Source: a virus
Taxonomy: Duplodnaviria; Caudoviricetes
Virus record (IMG/VR): IMGVR_UViG_3300011102_000328
Location: 1-48,463 of that record
DNA length: 48,463 nucleotides
Reading direction: 5' to 3' (one strand)
The notes under the pieces are model-generated. The model was given only the letters and a program-made list of their open reading frames with translations, was not told the DNA's origin and did not search any database. The position numbers and the translations under genes are program-made. Below, in pieces: positions 26,305 through 36,020 of this stretch; the first letter of the stretch is position 1, and every line of letters begins with the position of its first letter.

Positions 26305-26679
26305 TCAGAGGATCAGGTCTTCGCGCGTGACGATCACCGTGCTGCCGTCGACGTACACGCGCACACCGTCGAGCTCGGCCACCACCCACTCCATGCGCTG
26401 CGGCTCTGACGTCGGCACCGTGCCGGCGATGGCCAGCAGCCGGGCGACCGCCTCTCGCGCATCCATGTCCGGGCTGCTGACCAGCTCGCCAGCCAGCTCG
26501 TTGAGCTGCGGCAGCAGCACCTCGGCAGCGGGCTTGCGGGCGATGCCGCGGATCCCGCGCCGTCGGAACATCCGAGCCGCAGCGCCGTGCGCGACCACCT
26601 GCACAGCGCCGTTGCTGGCGACGCACAGCCCCTCGTCCTCGCGGACGATCTCGAAGGGCACCGGATCGGCCGCGCCCAT
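26305..26679 (-). CDS. Hypothetical protein
   Basis: TGATG-coupled start MGAADP. Confidence 0.65.
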   Translation of the reverse strand: MGAADPVPFEIVREDEGLCVASNGAVQVVAHGAAARMFRRRGIRGIARKPAAEVLLPQLNELAGELVSSPDMDAREAVARLLAIAGTVPTSEPQRMEWVVAELDGVRVYVDGSTVIVTREDLIL

Positions 26680-27170
26680 CAGATCTCGTCCCAGGCCAGC
26701 GTGAGGGTCTCGGCCGGCGTCAGCCCCCCGGTCGCAGCAGACGTCACCTCGCACAGCAGCACCAGGTGGTCGCCTTGCTCACCGATGCCGGAGTACGGTC
26801 CCGCACCGAGCACCAGCGGCGACCCCGCGGTGTAGGAAAAGAAGTCCTGGTAGCCGCTGCTCGACGATCCCTGCGCCGGCGTGGCGTAGCTGGCTGCCGT
26901 CTTGGCCCACACGTTGATACCCGCGCCCATGTCGTTGCTGCCATCGCTGTAGACACGGATGTTCGTGATCTGCGTGTAGCTGCCGCCGACGACGCTCAGG
27001 CGCAGGTACTTCTCGAAGCTCCACTCGGAGCCAGCCTCCGGCTTGACCAGCGGATCGCTGAGGTCGACGGCGGCGTTGTCGGCCTTCTTGAAGCGAATCG
27101 TGCCGCCCGTCTTGTCGGTAGCGGTACCGCTCGGGCCGTTCTTTTCGATGAGCTGGACGTTTGCAGCCAT
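26679..27170 (-). CDS. Virion structural protein
   Basis: G/S/T-rich beta protein; SFEKYLRL...LAWDEI. Confidence 0.65.
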   Translation of the reverse strand: MAANVQLIEKNGPSGTATDKTGGTIRFKKADNAAVDLSDPLVKPEAGSEWSFEKYLRLSVVGGSYTQITNIRVYSDGSNDMGAGINVWAKTAASYATPAQGSSSSGYQDFFSYTAGSPLVLGAGPYSGIGEQGDHLVLLCEVTSAATGGLTPAETLTLAWDEI

Positions 27171-27171
27171 A

Positions 27172-27558
27172 TCAGAGGTCCTCTCTCACGGTGATGCGCA
27201 CGAGGTCGTGCGGGATGATCAGCTCGGCCGTGTCCAGGTGCTGCAGGCGCACCTCGGCATGCCACTCGCCGGCCGCATCGAAGATGGCGCCAGGCACCTG
27301 CGCCTGCACGCGGCCGCCTGCGCCCGGCGTGTCGTAGGGCGGCTCGGTGTTGATTGAGCCGTCGGGCATGACGCGACCGGGGAGCTTGCTGCAATCGACG
27401 TCGCCGGCGGCGGCTGGGGCGCCTGCGCGCCGCACGCGCAGGCGCACGGCCAGGTTGCTGTCGCTCACGTCGAGGGGCAGCCGCGTCGACTTGTCCGTCA
27501 ACGTCAGCACCAGGCGAGCGCTGCTGTTGCGCACGAGCTGGATGTCGTAGCGGCTCAC
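27172..27558 (-). CDS. BppU-like baseplate/fibre adaptor
   Basis: AGEWHAEV...ITVRED. Confidence 0.55.
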   Translation of the reverse strand: MSRYDIQLVRNSSARLVLTLTDKSTRLPLDVSDSNLAVRLRVRRAGAPAAAGDVDCSKLPGRVMPDGSINTEPPYDTPGAGGRVQAQVPGAIFDAAGEWHAEVRLQHLDTAELIIPHDLVRITVREDL

Positions 27559-28103
27559 GGCGCACCCTCCTCGCTCACGGCATCGGAGAGGCTGGCGCGC
27601 TCTGCGTACAGGCTTCGAGCGTCGGCAAGGTGACGCTCAGCCGCGCCTGCAAGCTCGACCTGAAGGCGCAGACTTTCGCCCAGTACGTCCCCGAGGGCGG
27701 CAGCTCGGGCTTCACAGGTGGGCCCGGGATCCGCGGCGGATTCACCGGCGCCGGCGGCATAGGCGGCGATGGCGTGCTGCAGCTGCTCGACATCACCGCG
27801 ATGCCGAGCAACAGCGCGCTCAAGCTGCGCGACTTGCTCCATGTGCTCACGTGCAGTCTCCTGTGCGACATGCCAGCGCCGGTTCTCCAGGCGCCGGATC
27901 TCGATCAGCTGCTCGACGCGCTCGCGCTCCGCCGCCCACTTCTCGGCGGTATGCTCGGCGCGGACCTTGGCCAGCACTTCGCGCGTCTCGGCATGCGCAG
28001 CACGCTCGCGCGCGAGCCGCACCGACTGCACGGCAATGATCAGCGCGGTCGGCGCCAGCAGCAGCGCCACGACCCACAGAGGCACACCCGAGCCGACCCT
28101 CAT
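27555..28103 (-). CDS. Rz-like inner-membrane spanin
   Basis: N-terminal TM helix plus coiled coil; follows the endolysin. Confidence 0.8.
   Translation of the reverse strand: MRVGSGVPLWVVALLLAPTALIIAVQSVRLARERAAHAETREVLAKVRAEHTAEKWAAERERVEQLIEIRRLENRRWHVAQETAREHMEQVAQLERAVARHRGDVEQLQHAIAAYAAGAGESAADPGPTCEARAAALGDVLGESLRLQVELAGAAERHLADARSLYAERASLSDAVSEEGAP
27575..27871 (-). CDS. Rz1-like outer-membrane lipoprotein spanin embedded in Rz
   Basis: ALLLGIAVMSSSC lipobox-like signal followed by a Pro-rich segment, in an alternate frame. Confidence 0.7.
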   Translation of the reverse strand: MSHRRLHVSTWSKSRSLSALLLGIAVMSSSCSTPSPPMPPAPVNPPRIPGPPVKPELPPSGTYWAKVCAFRSSLQARLSVTLPTLEACTQSAPASPMP

Positions 28104-28741
28104 GCCAGCACCTTGCGCGCGTGTTCGTAGAGCTCTACGCGATCGTCGAGGCCGGTGGTATTGCCGTCCTCATGCCCGTGCAGGCCGCCGTTGATGGCTC
28201 GCGTCACTCCCTTGAAGTCGCCGGCGTCCACAAGCGCGTTGCAGCGCTTCCAGCACCAGTAAGCGCCGGCCGACAGCGCGGCGTATTGCTCCTGCAGCAG
28301 CAGCTCCGGCCTCGACACCAGGTCGACGCCCAGCATGTCGCCGATGCGCCGGTAGTTGTCGCGTCCGGTCAGCTGGATGAGTCCGCGGCCACGATAGCGC
28401 CAGCCATCGCCCGACAGCGGCTCGCCGTTGCCCATGCGACCGGCATAGATCAGGTTGGCAAGCTTCCCGGGCGCGTGCGCAAAGGGTACGGCCGACGCCA
28501 GCGTCGGGAAGCGGCGGGGCCACACCACGCACAAGCGCTGCGCCGTGTAGTTGAGGTTTTCCTCGATGCGCGTCAGCCGCGCGCTCTCGTAGGAGACCTG
28601 CGCCAGGAACGCCGCCACGCGATCGAGAGTGTCGATGTCGTAGCGGTCCATGGCCGCCACGAGGTGCGGGAGCCAGAGCTCTGCGCGGTCGTAGGAGCAC
28701 GGCACCACGCGGGCCAGCAGGTCGACCGTCAGCGCCTTCAT
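28100..28741 (-). CDS. GH19 (chitinase-like) endolysin
   Basis: AFLAQVSYES, ENLNY, YRGRGLIQLTGRDNY, TRAINGG. Confidence 0.95.
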   Translation of the reverse strand: MKALTVDLLARVVPCSYDRAELWLPHLVAAMDRYDIDTLDRVAAFLAQVSYESARLTRIEENLNYTAQRLCVVWPRRFPTLASAVPFAHAPGKLANLIYAGRMGNGEPLSGDGWRYRGRGLIQLTGRDNYRRIGDMLGVDLVSRPELLLQEQYAALSAGAYWCWKRCNALVDAGDFKGVTRAINGGLHGHEDGNTTGLDDRVELYEHARKVLA

Positions 28742-29031
28742 GGCCGCCCCTTGCAGACGTCTGCAGGCGGGCCGTGCCGCCAGCGGCCCGCACCGAGCAC
28801 CATCGATGCGAGCAGCGCGCTCGAGAAGATCAGCGTCCCGAGCCCGGCCCAGGTGCCGAAGAGCTGCAGCTGGAAGGCGCAGGCCACCGCGGCGGTGCCC
28901 TTGAGGATGAACTGCCAGGCGACCCGGCGCAGCACCTGGGCATCGATCATCGCCAGACGGCAGAAGCAGGACCAGGCGATGGCCAGACAGACCAGCAGAT
29001 TGGCGACGTGGATGAGCTCTTTAGTGTCCAT
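28738..29031 (-). CDS. Holin-like membrane protein
   Basis: About three TM helices; lysis cassette position. Confidence 0.65.
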   Translation of the reverse strand: MDTKELIHVANLLVCLAIAWSCFCRLAMIDAQVLRRVAWQFILKGTAAVACAFQLQLFGTWAGLGTLIFSSALLASMVLGAGRWRHGPPADVCKGRP

Positions 29032-29443
29032 CGCTCCTATCCCGGTCCGCCGGCGGCGGAACGTCGAGCCGTCGCTCGATGAGGCGGCCGAGCCTTTCCA
29101 GGATCCACCGGCCGAGGTAGTCGAGGTGCGTGCTGGCGCGCCCGAGGCCGATCGCCACGGGCGCGAGCAGCCAGTTGATGTTCTCGGTGCGAAGCAGCAT
29201 CTGCAGGCCCATCGCGCAGCTGACCGACAGCAGCAGCGTGATGCCGACGGCGAACAGCATGAACAGTGCCGCGGACTTCAGCGAGCTGGCCGGACGCAGC
29301 GACAGTGCCCAGCCAGCGCCCACGATGGCGGACAGGAAGATGACGGCATACGGACCCAGGACAGACGCCAGATGCTCGCTGACGAAGCCAGCGAAGATGA
29401 GCGTGACGACGCTCACCGGATCCAGAGGCGAAGACGCGTTCAC
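29021..29443 (-). CDS. Holin-like membrane protein
   Basis: GTG start coupled to the portal stop; three to four TM helices. Confidence 0.65.
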   Translation of the reverse strand: MNASSPLDPVSVVTLIFAGFVSEHLASVLGPYAVIFLSAIVGAGWALSLRPASSLKSAALFMLFAVGITLLLSVSCAMGLQMLLRTENINWLLAPVAIGLGRASTHLDYLGRWILERLGRLIERRLDVPPPADRDRSDGH

Positions 29444-30963
29444 CGTTGCTGCCCCTCCTCGTCGTCGCTGCGGCGCGCCGCAGCGCCCTGCCCGCTTGCA
29501 GCGTCGGAGTCGAACACCAGGCCCTTGCTGCGGGCCTCGTCGCGGAAGCCGGAGATCTGCTCGAGCAGCTCCCACGGACTGATGCCGCGGCGACGCGCGA
29601 CCTCGACCTCGCTCGCGAAACCGGCACGCACCAAGGTGACCCAGGCGGTCGCTTCCTTGACAGGGTCGATCCAGGGCATCGACTGGCCGATGAACAGGAA
29701 GTCGTGCTCCGTGCCAGGCACCACGTCGGCCGGGCGCGGCACCGCGCCCGACATGTGCGCGAGCAGCACCCAGCGCTCGAGCACCGGCTGCACGAACAGG
29801 CTCACGAAGTCGTCCGTCAGCACGGCGTAGTTGACCCACTGCTCGACGAGCTCCTGGCGCTGCGCGCTGTACGTCCCGTTGTAGTCGCGGCTGGCCGAGC
29901 TGTAGCTGATGCCGAAGCCGGCGGCGAAGGCGCGCAGCTGGCCTTGCCGGAACGTGATCAGGTTCGGGTTCGGCCGCTTGCTGTCGATCAGCCCGATGTC
30001 CTCACCCACCGCCAGCGTGTCGATGATCATGCCCGGAGCCATGCTCAGCTCGCGGGGTCTCGGGTTGCCCTGCTCGTCGGTCTCCGGGGCCATGTAGCCG
30101 CCACCGTCAGGGGCCTGCCGCTTGACGTACGCGGTGAGCATCGCAGCGACTTTCGCGGCGACGCGCTCGCTCTCCTCGTAGTCCTTGATGTCTTCAAGGC
30201 GAGTGATGACCGAGGCGAACTCGCTGATGCCGCGCAACTGGCCGATGCGGTCGACGCGCGAGACCTTGATCATGCGATCGGCCGGCACGCGCTTGAGGTC
30301 CTCGCCGCGCACGAAACGCACGTTCTCGCCCGGGTGCTGCTTGTAGACGTGGTAGGCCACTGGCTGGCCCCAGGCATTGATCTCGATGCCCTGGCGGATG
30401 CGCGCGCCCTGGTCGTAGTCCATCGGGATCAGGTCGGGCTCGAGCAGCTCGAGGCTGTACGGCACGCGCGAGGTGTGCGTCAGGTACGGCACTGGCCCGA
30501 TCAGCTCGTGCGCGAAGGCCTCTCCATCCCGGATCCACGTGCTCGCAACCAGGCGCTGCACCTGAGCCCAGGAGTGCTGCCGGGTCACCTCCGGCCGCCG
30601 CTTCCACTCGCGGAAGGCCTGCGCCAGCGCGTAGGCGTAGTCCTTGTGGATGCTGCCGTCGGCACGGCGCGGCTGGAACTCGACGGCGATCCCGTTTGCG
30701 CCGACGAAGTTGTTGACCATGGTCCGCAGGGCACCGCGCGCGAGGTCGTGATTGCGCTGCAGGTGGCGCGCCTGGTCGCGCAGCGCCACTGCGCTCTTGC
30801 TCACGAGCTGGTTCGGCGAGGAACGATCGCGGTAGAACTTGCGCAGGCGTGACGGTTTCGCCGCCTCGTAGTACGCGAGCACCGTACGAGCCTGAACGCG
30901 ACGCAAGGCGGCCGCCGGCGAGAACCAGCCGATGAGCCTGTCGAGCGCGTTCAAGGCAAGCAT
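29440..30963 (-). CDS. Lambda-family portal protein
   Basis: RDQARHLQRNHD, RDGEAF, QLRGIS, YSAQRQ, PWIDPVKE; alternative start 31014. Confidence 0.95.
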   Translation of the reverse strand: MLALNALDRLIGWFSPAAALRRVQARTVLAYYEAAKPSRLRKFYRDRSSPNQLVSKSAVALRDQARHLQRNHDLARGALRTMVNNFVGANGIAVEFQPRRADGSIHKDYAYALAQAFREWKRRPEVTRQHSWAQVQRLVASTWIRDGEAFAHELIGPVPYLTHTSRVPYSLELLEPDLIPMDYDQGARIRQGIEINAWGQPVAYHVYKQHPGENVRFVRGEDLKRVPADRMIKVSRVDRIGQLRGISEFASVITRLEDIKDYEESERVAAKVAAMLTAYVKRQAPDGGGYMAPETDEQGNPRPRELSMAPGMIIDTLAVGEDIGLIDSKRPNPNLITFRQGQLRAFAAGFGISYSSASRDYNGTYSAQRQELVEQWVNYAVLTDDFVSLFVQPVLERWVLLAHMSGAVPRPADVVPGTEHDFLFIGQSMPWIDPVKEATAWVTLVRAGFASEVEVARRRGISPWELLEQISGFRDEARSKGLVFDSDAASGQGAAARRSDDEEGQQR

Positions 30964-31003
30964 GCGGTCCTGACGGTCGTCCCTCTGCGCCACGCCACGC
31001 TCC

Positions 31004-31234
31004 TTATCGGCCATCCAGGCGCGCCAAGGAAAAGCCGAGCCCTCCGACCGTCGGCGTGCCCTTGGCCGCGGCCTCCTCCGCCGCGACCTTGGCTTCCCAT
31101 TCCTTGCGGCCCTCGCGCACGAGGTCAAGGTCCTCCCTGCGTAAGACGCGGCCGTTGAGACGCACCTCCTTGCCTTCCAGGATGGCGGCCTCGGCGGCCA
31201 GGTACTTGGCCAGCATTTCGGTTGCGGTGCTCAT
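31004..31234 (-). CDS. gpW-like head-completion protein
   Basis: YLAAEAAILEGKEVRLNGRVLRREDL..VR.GR..W; directly upstream of portal. Confidence 0.85.
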   Translation of the reverse strand: MSTATEMLAKYLAAEAAILEGKEVRLNGRVLRREDLDLVREGRKEWEAKVAAEEAAAKGTPTVGGLGFSLARLDGR

Positions 31235-31262
31235 GGCCAGTGAGCATGCCGGCCGGCCAGTG

Positions 31263-31287
31263 CCATTTCTAGGCAAGAGTGGGAAAA
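31263..31287 (-). promoter_or_regulatory. Putative Mor/C-activated late promoter, copy 2
   Basis: TTTTCCCACTCTTGCCTAGAAATGG on the minus strand, near-identical to 45378-45402. Confidence 0.65.
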
Positions 31288-31301
31288 GTGCGCCCGGCGC
31301 C

Positions 31302-32159
31302 CTATGCGAATGTGATGCCGTAGGTGTCCGGCTCGAACTTCGGCGAGGCGCCGCCGGCACTGATCGTCTTGGCCTGTGCCAGCGGGCGCCAGAAGAGCAA
31401 GTTGCCGCCCGCGGCCGCGTCGCGCTGCTCGACCCATCCCACCGTGCCCCAGTCGCCAACCACCGGCGGGAACTGCAGCGTAATGTTGTTGCTGATGCGG
31501 CCACTGGTGCCGTCGCTCGGGTCAGTGGTGTCGGGCCCCTGCGTGCCCGAGATCGCAGTCATCGTCGAAGGCAGCGCCACTCTGGCATATCCGCCACCGG
31601 AGACCTCCGCGCCGCCGCCGGCGTTGCTCGGTGCCGCGGTCATCAGCCCGAGGTACGTGGTCGACGGCCAGCTGAAGGACTGGCCGCGGAACAGCAGGTC
31701 GATCATCTTGTTGGCCAGGTAGTCGCTCATGCCGCCGGACAGCCCCAGCGTGAACACGATGGACCCTGCCGAGAAGTACACCGGGTCGCTGTCGTTGATC
31801 ACCAGCGGGGAAGCCAGCTCAGCCACCATCCACAGCTCGCCGTCGTCATCGAACAGGCCGATGTGGGTCACGGTGCCCCACGCGCTGCCCGCGGCGCCGA
31901 AGTCGACGATCTCGTTGTTGCTGGTCTGGTGGCTGGTGCCGGTGCTCGGTAGCGTGGTGCTCGCTCCCTGCGTGCCCGACCATGCCGACAGAGATCGCAC
32001 GACCTCGACGCGGTCATAGTCGATGCCCGTCACCTCGGTATAGGTGTCGTCGTCGAAGTCGGTCAGCAGGCCGATGTACCAGCTGCTCGGCAGCGTGATT
32101 CCCTGGCCACGCAGGAAGTCGGCCAGCGCGTTCTTGGCGAGATTGGTCAGCTTGCTCAT
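31302..32159 (-). CDS. Tail protein with a tandemly duplicated domain
   Basis: Two homologous halves (RGQ...P...Y.GL...EV.G..Y.RV...SGTQG..T...S.GTS...SNN). Confidence 0.8.
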   Translation of the reverse strand: MSKLTNLAKNALADFLRGQGITLPSSWYIGLLTDFDDDTYTEVTGIDYDRVEVVRSLSAWSGTQGASTTLPSTGTSHQTSNNEIVDFGAAGSAWGTVTHIGLFDDDGELWMVAELASPLVINDSDPVYFSAGSIVFTLGLSGGMSDYLANKMIDLLFRGQSFSWPSTTYLGLMTAAPSNAGGGAEVSGGGYARVALPSTMTAISGTQGPDTTDPSDGTSGRISNNITLQFPPVVGDWGTVGWVEQRDAAAGGNLLFWRPLAQAKTISAGGASPKFEPDTYGITFA

Positions 32160-32167
32160 GATGGTCC

Positions 32168-35068
32168 TCACGCTCCACCGCCACCGCCCGGGTCGTAGCC
32201 CGCGTCAGTGACGTAAAAGTTGACTGTCCAGGTGCCCTGCACGACCTTGGTAGCTGCGTCGCGGATCTCGAACTTGATCGCACCGCGCTGCGTCGTGTAG
32301 TCGGCGTAGACGAAGCTGTGCTCCAGGTACCAGGTGCGCGTGGTACCCAAATTCAACCAGACACCGAAGGTGCCGACGAAGTTGCCGTAGTAGGTGTACT
32401 GGTCCTCGCCGAGGCCGCCGGTCAGCGCCAGGTTGGTCGCGCGCACCTCGAAGGCCGCGCACTGCGAGGGCTCGAACGGCCTACCGTAGGCCCACCTGTT
32501 GCCCCGTTGGGTGACCGTGCCCGAGCCCGCGTCGCTGTAAGGCAGCTCCTCGATGCGCTCGACACCGTCGTTGCGCAGGATGTAGGTTCCGCGTGCCTTC
32601 TGCGACGGGCTGCCGAAGGCCCTCACGTTGACGTTCGCCACGTTGACCAGCGGAATCGCGATCGGGCCGCCGCCACCGTCTTCGACGTCCTCGCCGCGGT
32701 CGACCGGATCCTGGATCTCGCCAGGCCCAGGCAGCAGGTGTGCGTCAGCCGCATGGACGCGGTTGTCTTCGGCAACGCCTGACAGCTCGAAGATCGGCGC
32801 GCCCTCGTCGGTGCGCCCCTGCGGGCGGATGGCCAGCAGCTTGACGATGATGCGGTGCTCGCCGGCAGGGCCGAAGACGAACTTCGGCCGCTCACGCGAG
32901 GCATCGTCGAGCACCAGATCGAAGTCGAGCACATGCGGCAGCACTACGTCTTGCGCAGCGGGCCCAGGTGACACCTGGATGGCATCGGTGACGCTCCCAT
33001 CGTCGCGCAGCAGGCTCAGGTAATGCACCGCACCCTCGCGCCACTGTAGCGGCTCGGACAGCGTCATCACCCTGCTCACGCCGTCCCACGCCACCACATC
33101 GCCGGTCTGCCCCCATCCCGGGATGGCCGGCGCGAAGATCACCGGCGCCCCGTAGGACGGCAGCATGCCCTGCAGCTCGGTCTGCCACACCGGGAACTTT
33201 CGCCGGTACACGTTCGCCGCGGCGTGGTACAGCCCCTCGCGCCTGGCGTGCGTCACCCCGGTGATGCCTGGCAGGCGCATGCGCACAGGGTTGGCCACGT
33301 CCTCCTCTTCGAGGCCAGGCGCCGGGCAAAGCACCTCCTGCCAATCCCAGGAGCGGTTGTCGAAGTACTCGACGATGACGCCGTCGGCTGTCTCTTCCGT
33401 CGGCAGCAGGTAGGACATGCGCATGCTGCCAGGCAGGATGTTGCGCGCCGTGAAGGCGGTCACCGGCACGTCGTCCTGCTGGTCGCGGCGCAGGGTGCGC
33501 ATGCCGTTGCGGTGGAACACGCGCGCGCGGCCGACCTGCGCGATGGTCTGGTCGGCGCTGTCGGAATCGACGCGGCTGTCGAACACGATGTCCAGCCGGT
33601 CCTGGCGCTGCGCCCACACCTGGTCGAGCTCGTAGAGGGTCTGCAGGTCGATGCGATGGTCGGGCAGGCCGTCGCCGTAGACCGGGTTGGTCCACTTGTC
33701 TGCCAGCGCCCAGGCAATGGAGCGCGTTTCCACAGGCACGGACCAGCCGCTGACCGGATGCCAGGTGCGCAGCTTGCGGCGAACGATCGCAGCGATGCGC
33801 CGCTGGGACATGCCCGACAGCTGCTCGCTCGCGCGGATCTTGACCTCGAGGTGCGTGACCGTCGGCGCGAGCGGCGCGTCCAGGTTCAGGTGCGCCCGCA
33901 GGCCGGCCCACTGGATGTCGTTGAGGTGCGTCTGCTTGTTGCTGCGGATGTCCGTGCGCACGACCCTCACCTGCGGCCGCATCGCCTTGGGCAGCTGGTA
34001 GAGGTAACTGCGCCGGATCGGCTCGCTGAGCTTTGCGCGGTAGGACTCGTTGGCCAGGACCTGCCACGCACCGATCGCCACGCCGAAGTCGTCAACTTCG
34101 CGGTACTCGATGCGCCAGGTCACGGTCTTGTTGTCGATGTCGCCATTGCTCTGTGCGATGCCAAGGCCGCGCGGAAAGATGATGTCGATGCCGATCGCCG
34201 TGGCGCGCTGGCGCGGGCCACAGGCATTGAAACCGCCGATGTACAGGCCGCTCTTCATGTCCTGGCCGGCGACCTCCGGCGACGTCACCACGCGCGGATC
34301 CACCAGCGTCGGCTGCTGGCCTGGCTGCAGGATCCTGTACTCGACGTCCTGGAAGTGGTCGATGTCGGTGTCGTCGATCTCGATGGCCTCGAAGGTGTAG
34401 ACCCCGTGCCCCACCGCGAGCAGCGCGTGGTAGTACTGCTGGCCTGTCGGCTCGACCGTGTTGTCGTAGATCGAGTAGGGCTGCGCGGCGAAGTCGGGGA
34501 AGATCTTGTGGCGGCCATAGATCACCGGGATCGGCTCACCCGGCCGGGCCTGGTTGCCGGCCAGCGCCACGTTGTAGGTGTTGCCGCCGCCAGTGCCGTC
34601 GCGCATGCGAGGCTGCTCGACCGGCAGCAGTGCGTTGATCAGAAGGTTCGAACCCAGCACCAGGCCGGCCTGCACCAGCGTCGTGTTGGCGCCGGCGAGG
34701 ATGCCCCACTCGCCGGTCAGGTACGGCGCGAAGTAGACCGCGGCCAGCATGGCCACCACCTGCAGCACCGTGCGCGAGCCCTGGTCGCCACCCTGAGGCA
34801 CCAGATGCAGCTCGATCACGTCGCCGGCGAAGGCAGGCCGCTGCAGCCAGTAGTCGCGGCGCAGCCAGATCCCGTTGATCCGGCAGGCCCATGGCAGGTG
34901 CTCGGCTGGCACCAGGTCTCGCAGCGGCACGCCTGGCCGTACCGTCACGTGCACATCGGGCTCCACGCCCGGCAGCGGGTTGGTGTAGATCGCCAGCGTG
35001 GCACCGTAGGCACCCTCGACGGCCAGCGCCGTTGCCCGCCTGCGGAACTGCTGCAGCTCTCTCAGCAT
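32168..35068 (-). CDS. Tail tip/host-specificity protein (J-like)
   Basis: NQARPGEPIPVIYGRH, ADGVIVEYFD. Confidence 0.9.
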   Translation of the reverse strand: MLRELQQFRRRATALAVEGAYGATLAIYTNPLPGVEPDVHVTVRPGVPLRDLVPAEHLPWACRINGIWLRRDYWLQRPAFAGDVIELHLVPQGGDQGSRTVLQVVAMLAAVYFAPYLTGEWGILAGANTTLVQAGLVLGSNLLINALLPVEQPRMRDGTGGGNTYNVALAGNQARPGEPIPVIYGRHKIFPDFAAQPYSIYDNTVEPTGQQYYHALLAVGHGVYTFEAIEIDDTDIDHFQDVEYRILQPGQQPTLVDPRVVTSPEVAGQDMKSGLYIGGFNACGPRQRATAIGIDIIFPRGLGIAQSNGDIDNKTVTWRIEYREVDDFGVAIGAWQVLANESYRAKLSEPIRRSYLYQLPKAMRPQVRVVRTDIRSNKQTHLNDIQWAGLRAHLNLDAPLAPTVTHLEVKIRASEQLSGMSQRRIAAIVRRKLRTWHPVSGWSVPVETRSIAWALADKWTNPVYGDGLPDHRIDLQTLYELDQVWAQRQDRLDIVFDSRVDSDSADQTIAQVGRARVFHRNGMRTLRRDQQDDVPVTAFTARNILPGSMRMSYLLPTEETADGVIVEYFDNRSWDWQEVLCPAPGLEEEDVANPVRMRLPGITGVTHARREGLYHAAANVYRRKFPVWQTELQGMLPSYGAPVIFAPAIPGWGQTGDVVAWDGVSRVMTLSEPLQWREGAVHYLSLLRDDGSVTDAIQVSPGPAAQDVVLPHVLDFDLVLDDASRERPKFVFGPAGEHRIIVKLLAIRPQGRTDEGAPIFELSGVAEDNRVHAADAHLLPGPGEIQDPVDRGEDVEDGGGGPIAIPLVNVANVNVRAFGSPSQKARGTYILRNDGVERIEELPYSDAGSGTVTQRGNRWAYGRPFEPSQCAAFEVRATNLALTGGLGEDQYTYYGNFVGTFGVWLNLGTTRTWYLEHSFVYADYTTQRGAIKFEIRDAATKVVQGTWTVNFYVTDAGYDPGGGGGA

Positions 35069-35454
35069 GCTGCTTGCCTCCAGAACTCGAAGTCGCGGAA
35101 TCCGGCCAACCGCAGGTCAGCCAGGCGCTGCAGGCACACGCCCGCGCCGCTCACGCTGTGCAGCACATGCAGGCCGCCGTTGACCTCCAGCATGACACCG
35201 ACGTGCCGACCGGTCGGTCCGGTCATCAGCACGATGTCCCACGGGCGCGGCAGCGGGTCCTGGCTTGGCTTCCAGCCGCTCATCTCGGCAGCCCGCTTGA
35301 TGGCGCCGACGTTCTCCGGCGAATCGCGCAGGTCCACGTCGATGTGCGGCATCTCGATGCTGAGCTGCTCGCGGAACACCTTGCGCACCAGCCACCAGCA
35401 GTTCTCCTGCGCGGTGTGCGGGTGGCCGATCAGGTCGCATGCCCAGTGCTTCAT
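35062..35454 (-). CDS. NlpC/P60-like tail assembly protein
   Basis: NCWWLVR...HVGV...VLHS. Confidence 0.85.
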   Translation of the reverse strand: MKHWACDLIGHPHTAQENCWWLVRKVFREQLSIEMPHIDVDLRDSPENVGAIKRAAEMSGWKPSQDPLPRPWDIVLMTGPTGRHVGVMLEVNGGLHVLHSVSGAGVCLQRLADLRLAGFRDFEFWRQAAC

Positions 35455-36020
35455 CGCGCCACGAGCCCCGGGTATTCGCGCGCCAGGTAGTCCTTGGCCG
35501 GGAAGCCGCGGTTGGCGGGATCGCCGAACGACGCCTGGGCGCGGATCGTGGTCTCGCTCACCTCGACCTCCCGCAGCGTCAGCGTCAGCGACGGGTACAG
35601 CGCCGGCCCGGAGGGGTCGTCGGCGGCGTAGATGCGCAGGGTGACCGTGATCGGGTCCAGGCTCCTGAGCGCCGCGTCGAGCTGCGGCACCACGTGCTGC
35701 GACACGCCGTCGATCTCGATCATGAGCGTCGGCGTCTGCCCGCTGTCGGACTCCTCGGGCAGCTGCGCCCGCACCGGCACGGCGACGAAGCGCACCTGCT
35801 CGCCACCGCGCACCGGCGCATCATCCTCGATGCGAGCCACCAGGTCGGCGTGGTCATTGACCACCCAGATGGAGTCCGGGTTGCCCTCCTCGTCCGTGAA
35901 GGAGGGATGCCGCAGCTCGAAGGTCTCGAGCAGCGTGCGTCCCACCGGCGCGACGGTGGCCGCCTCGGCGAAGGCCTCGCTCATGCTGACGCCGTGCACG
36001 GCGTCCCGATAGACGGGCAT
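35451..36020 (-). CDS. DUF1833-like tail protein
   Basis: ETFELRHPSF...FP...Y....YPGL. Confidence 0.8.
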   Translation of the reverse strand: MPVYRDAVHGVSMSEAFAEAATVAPVGRTLLETFELRHPSFTDEEGNPDSIWVVNDHADLVARIEDDAPVRGGEQVRFVAVPVRAQLPEESDSGQTPTLMIEIDGVSQHVVPQLDAALRSLDPITVTLRIYAADDPSGPALYPSLTLTLREVEVSETTIRAQASFGDPANRGFPAKDYLAREYPGLVAR

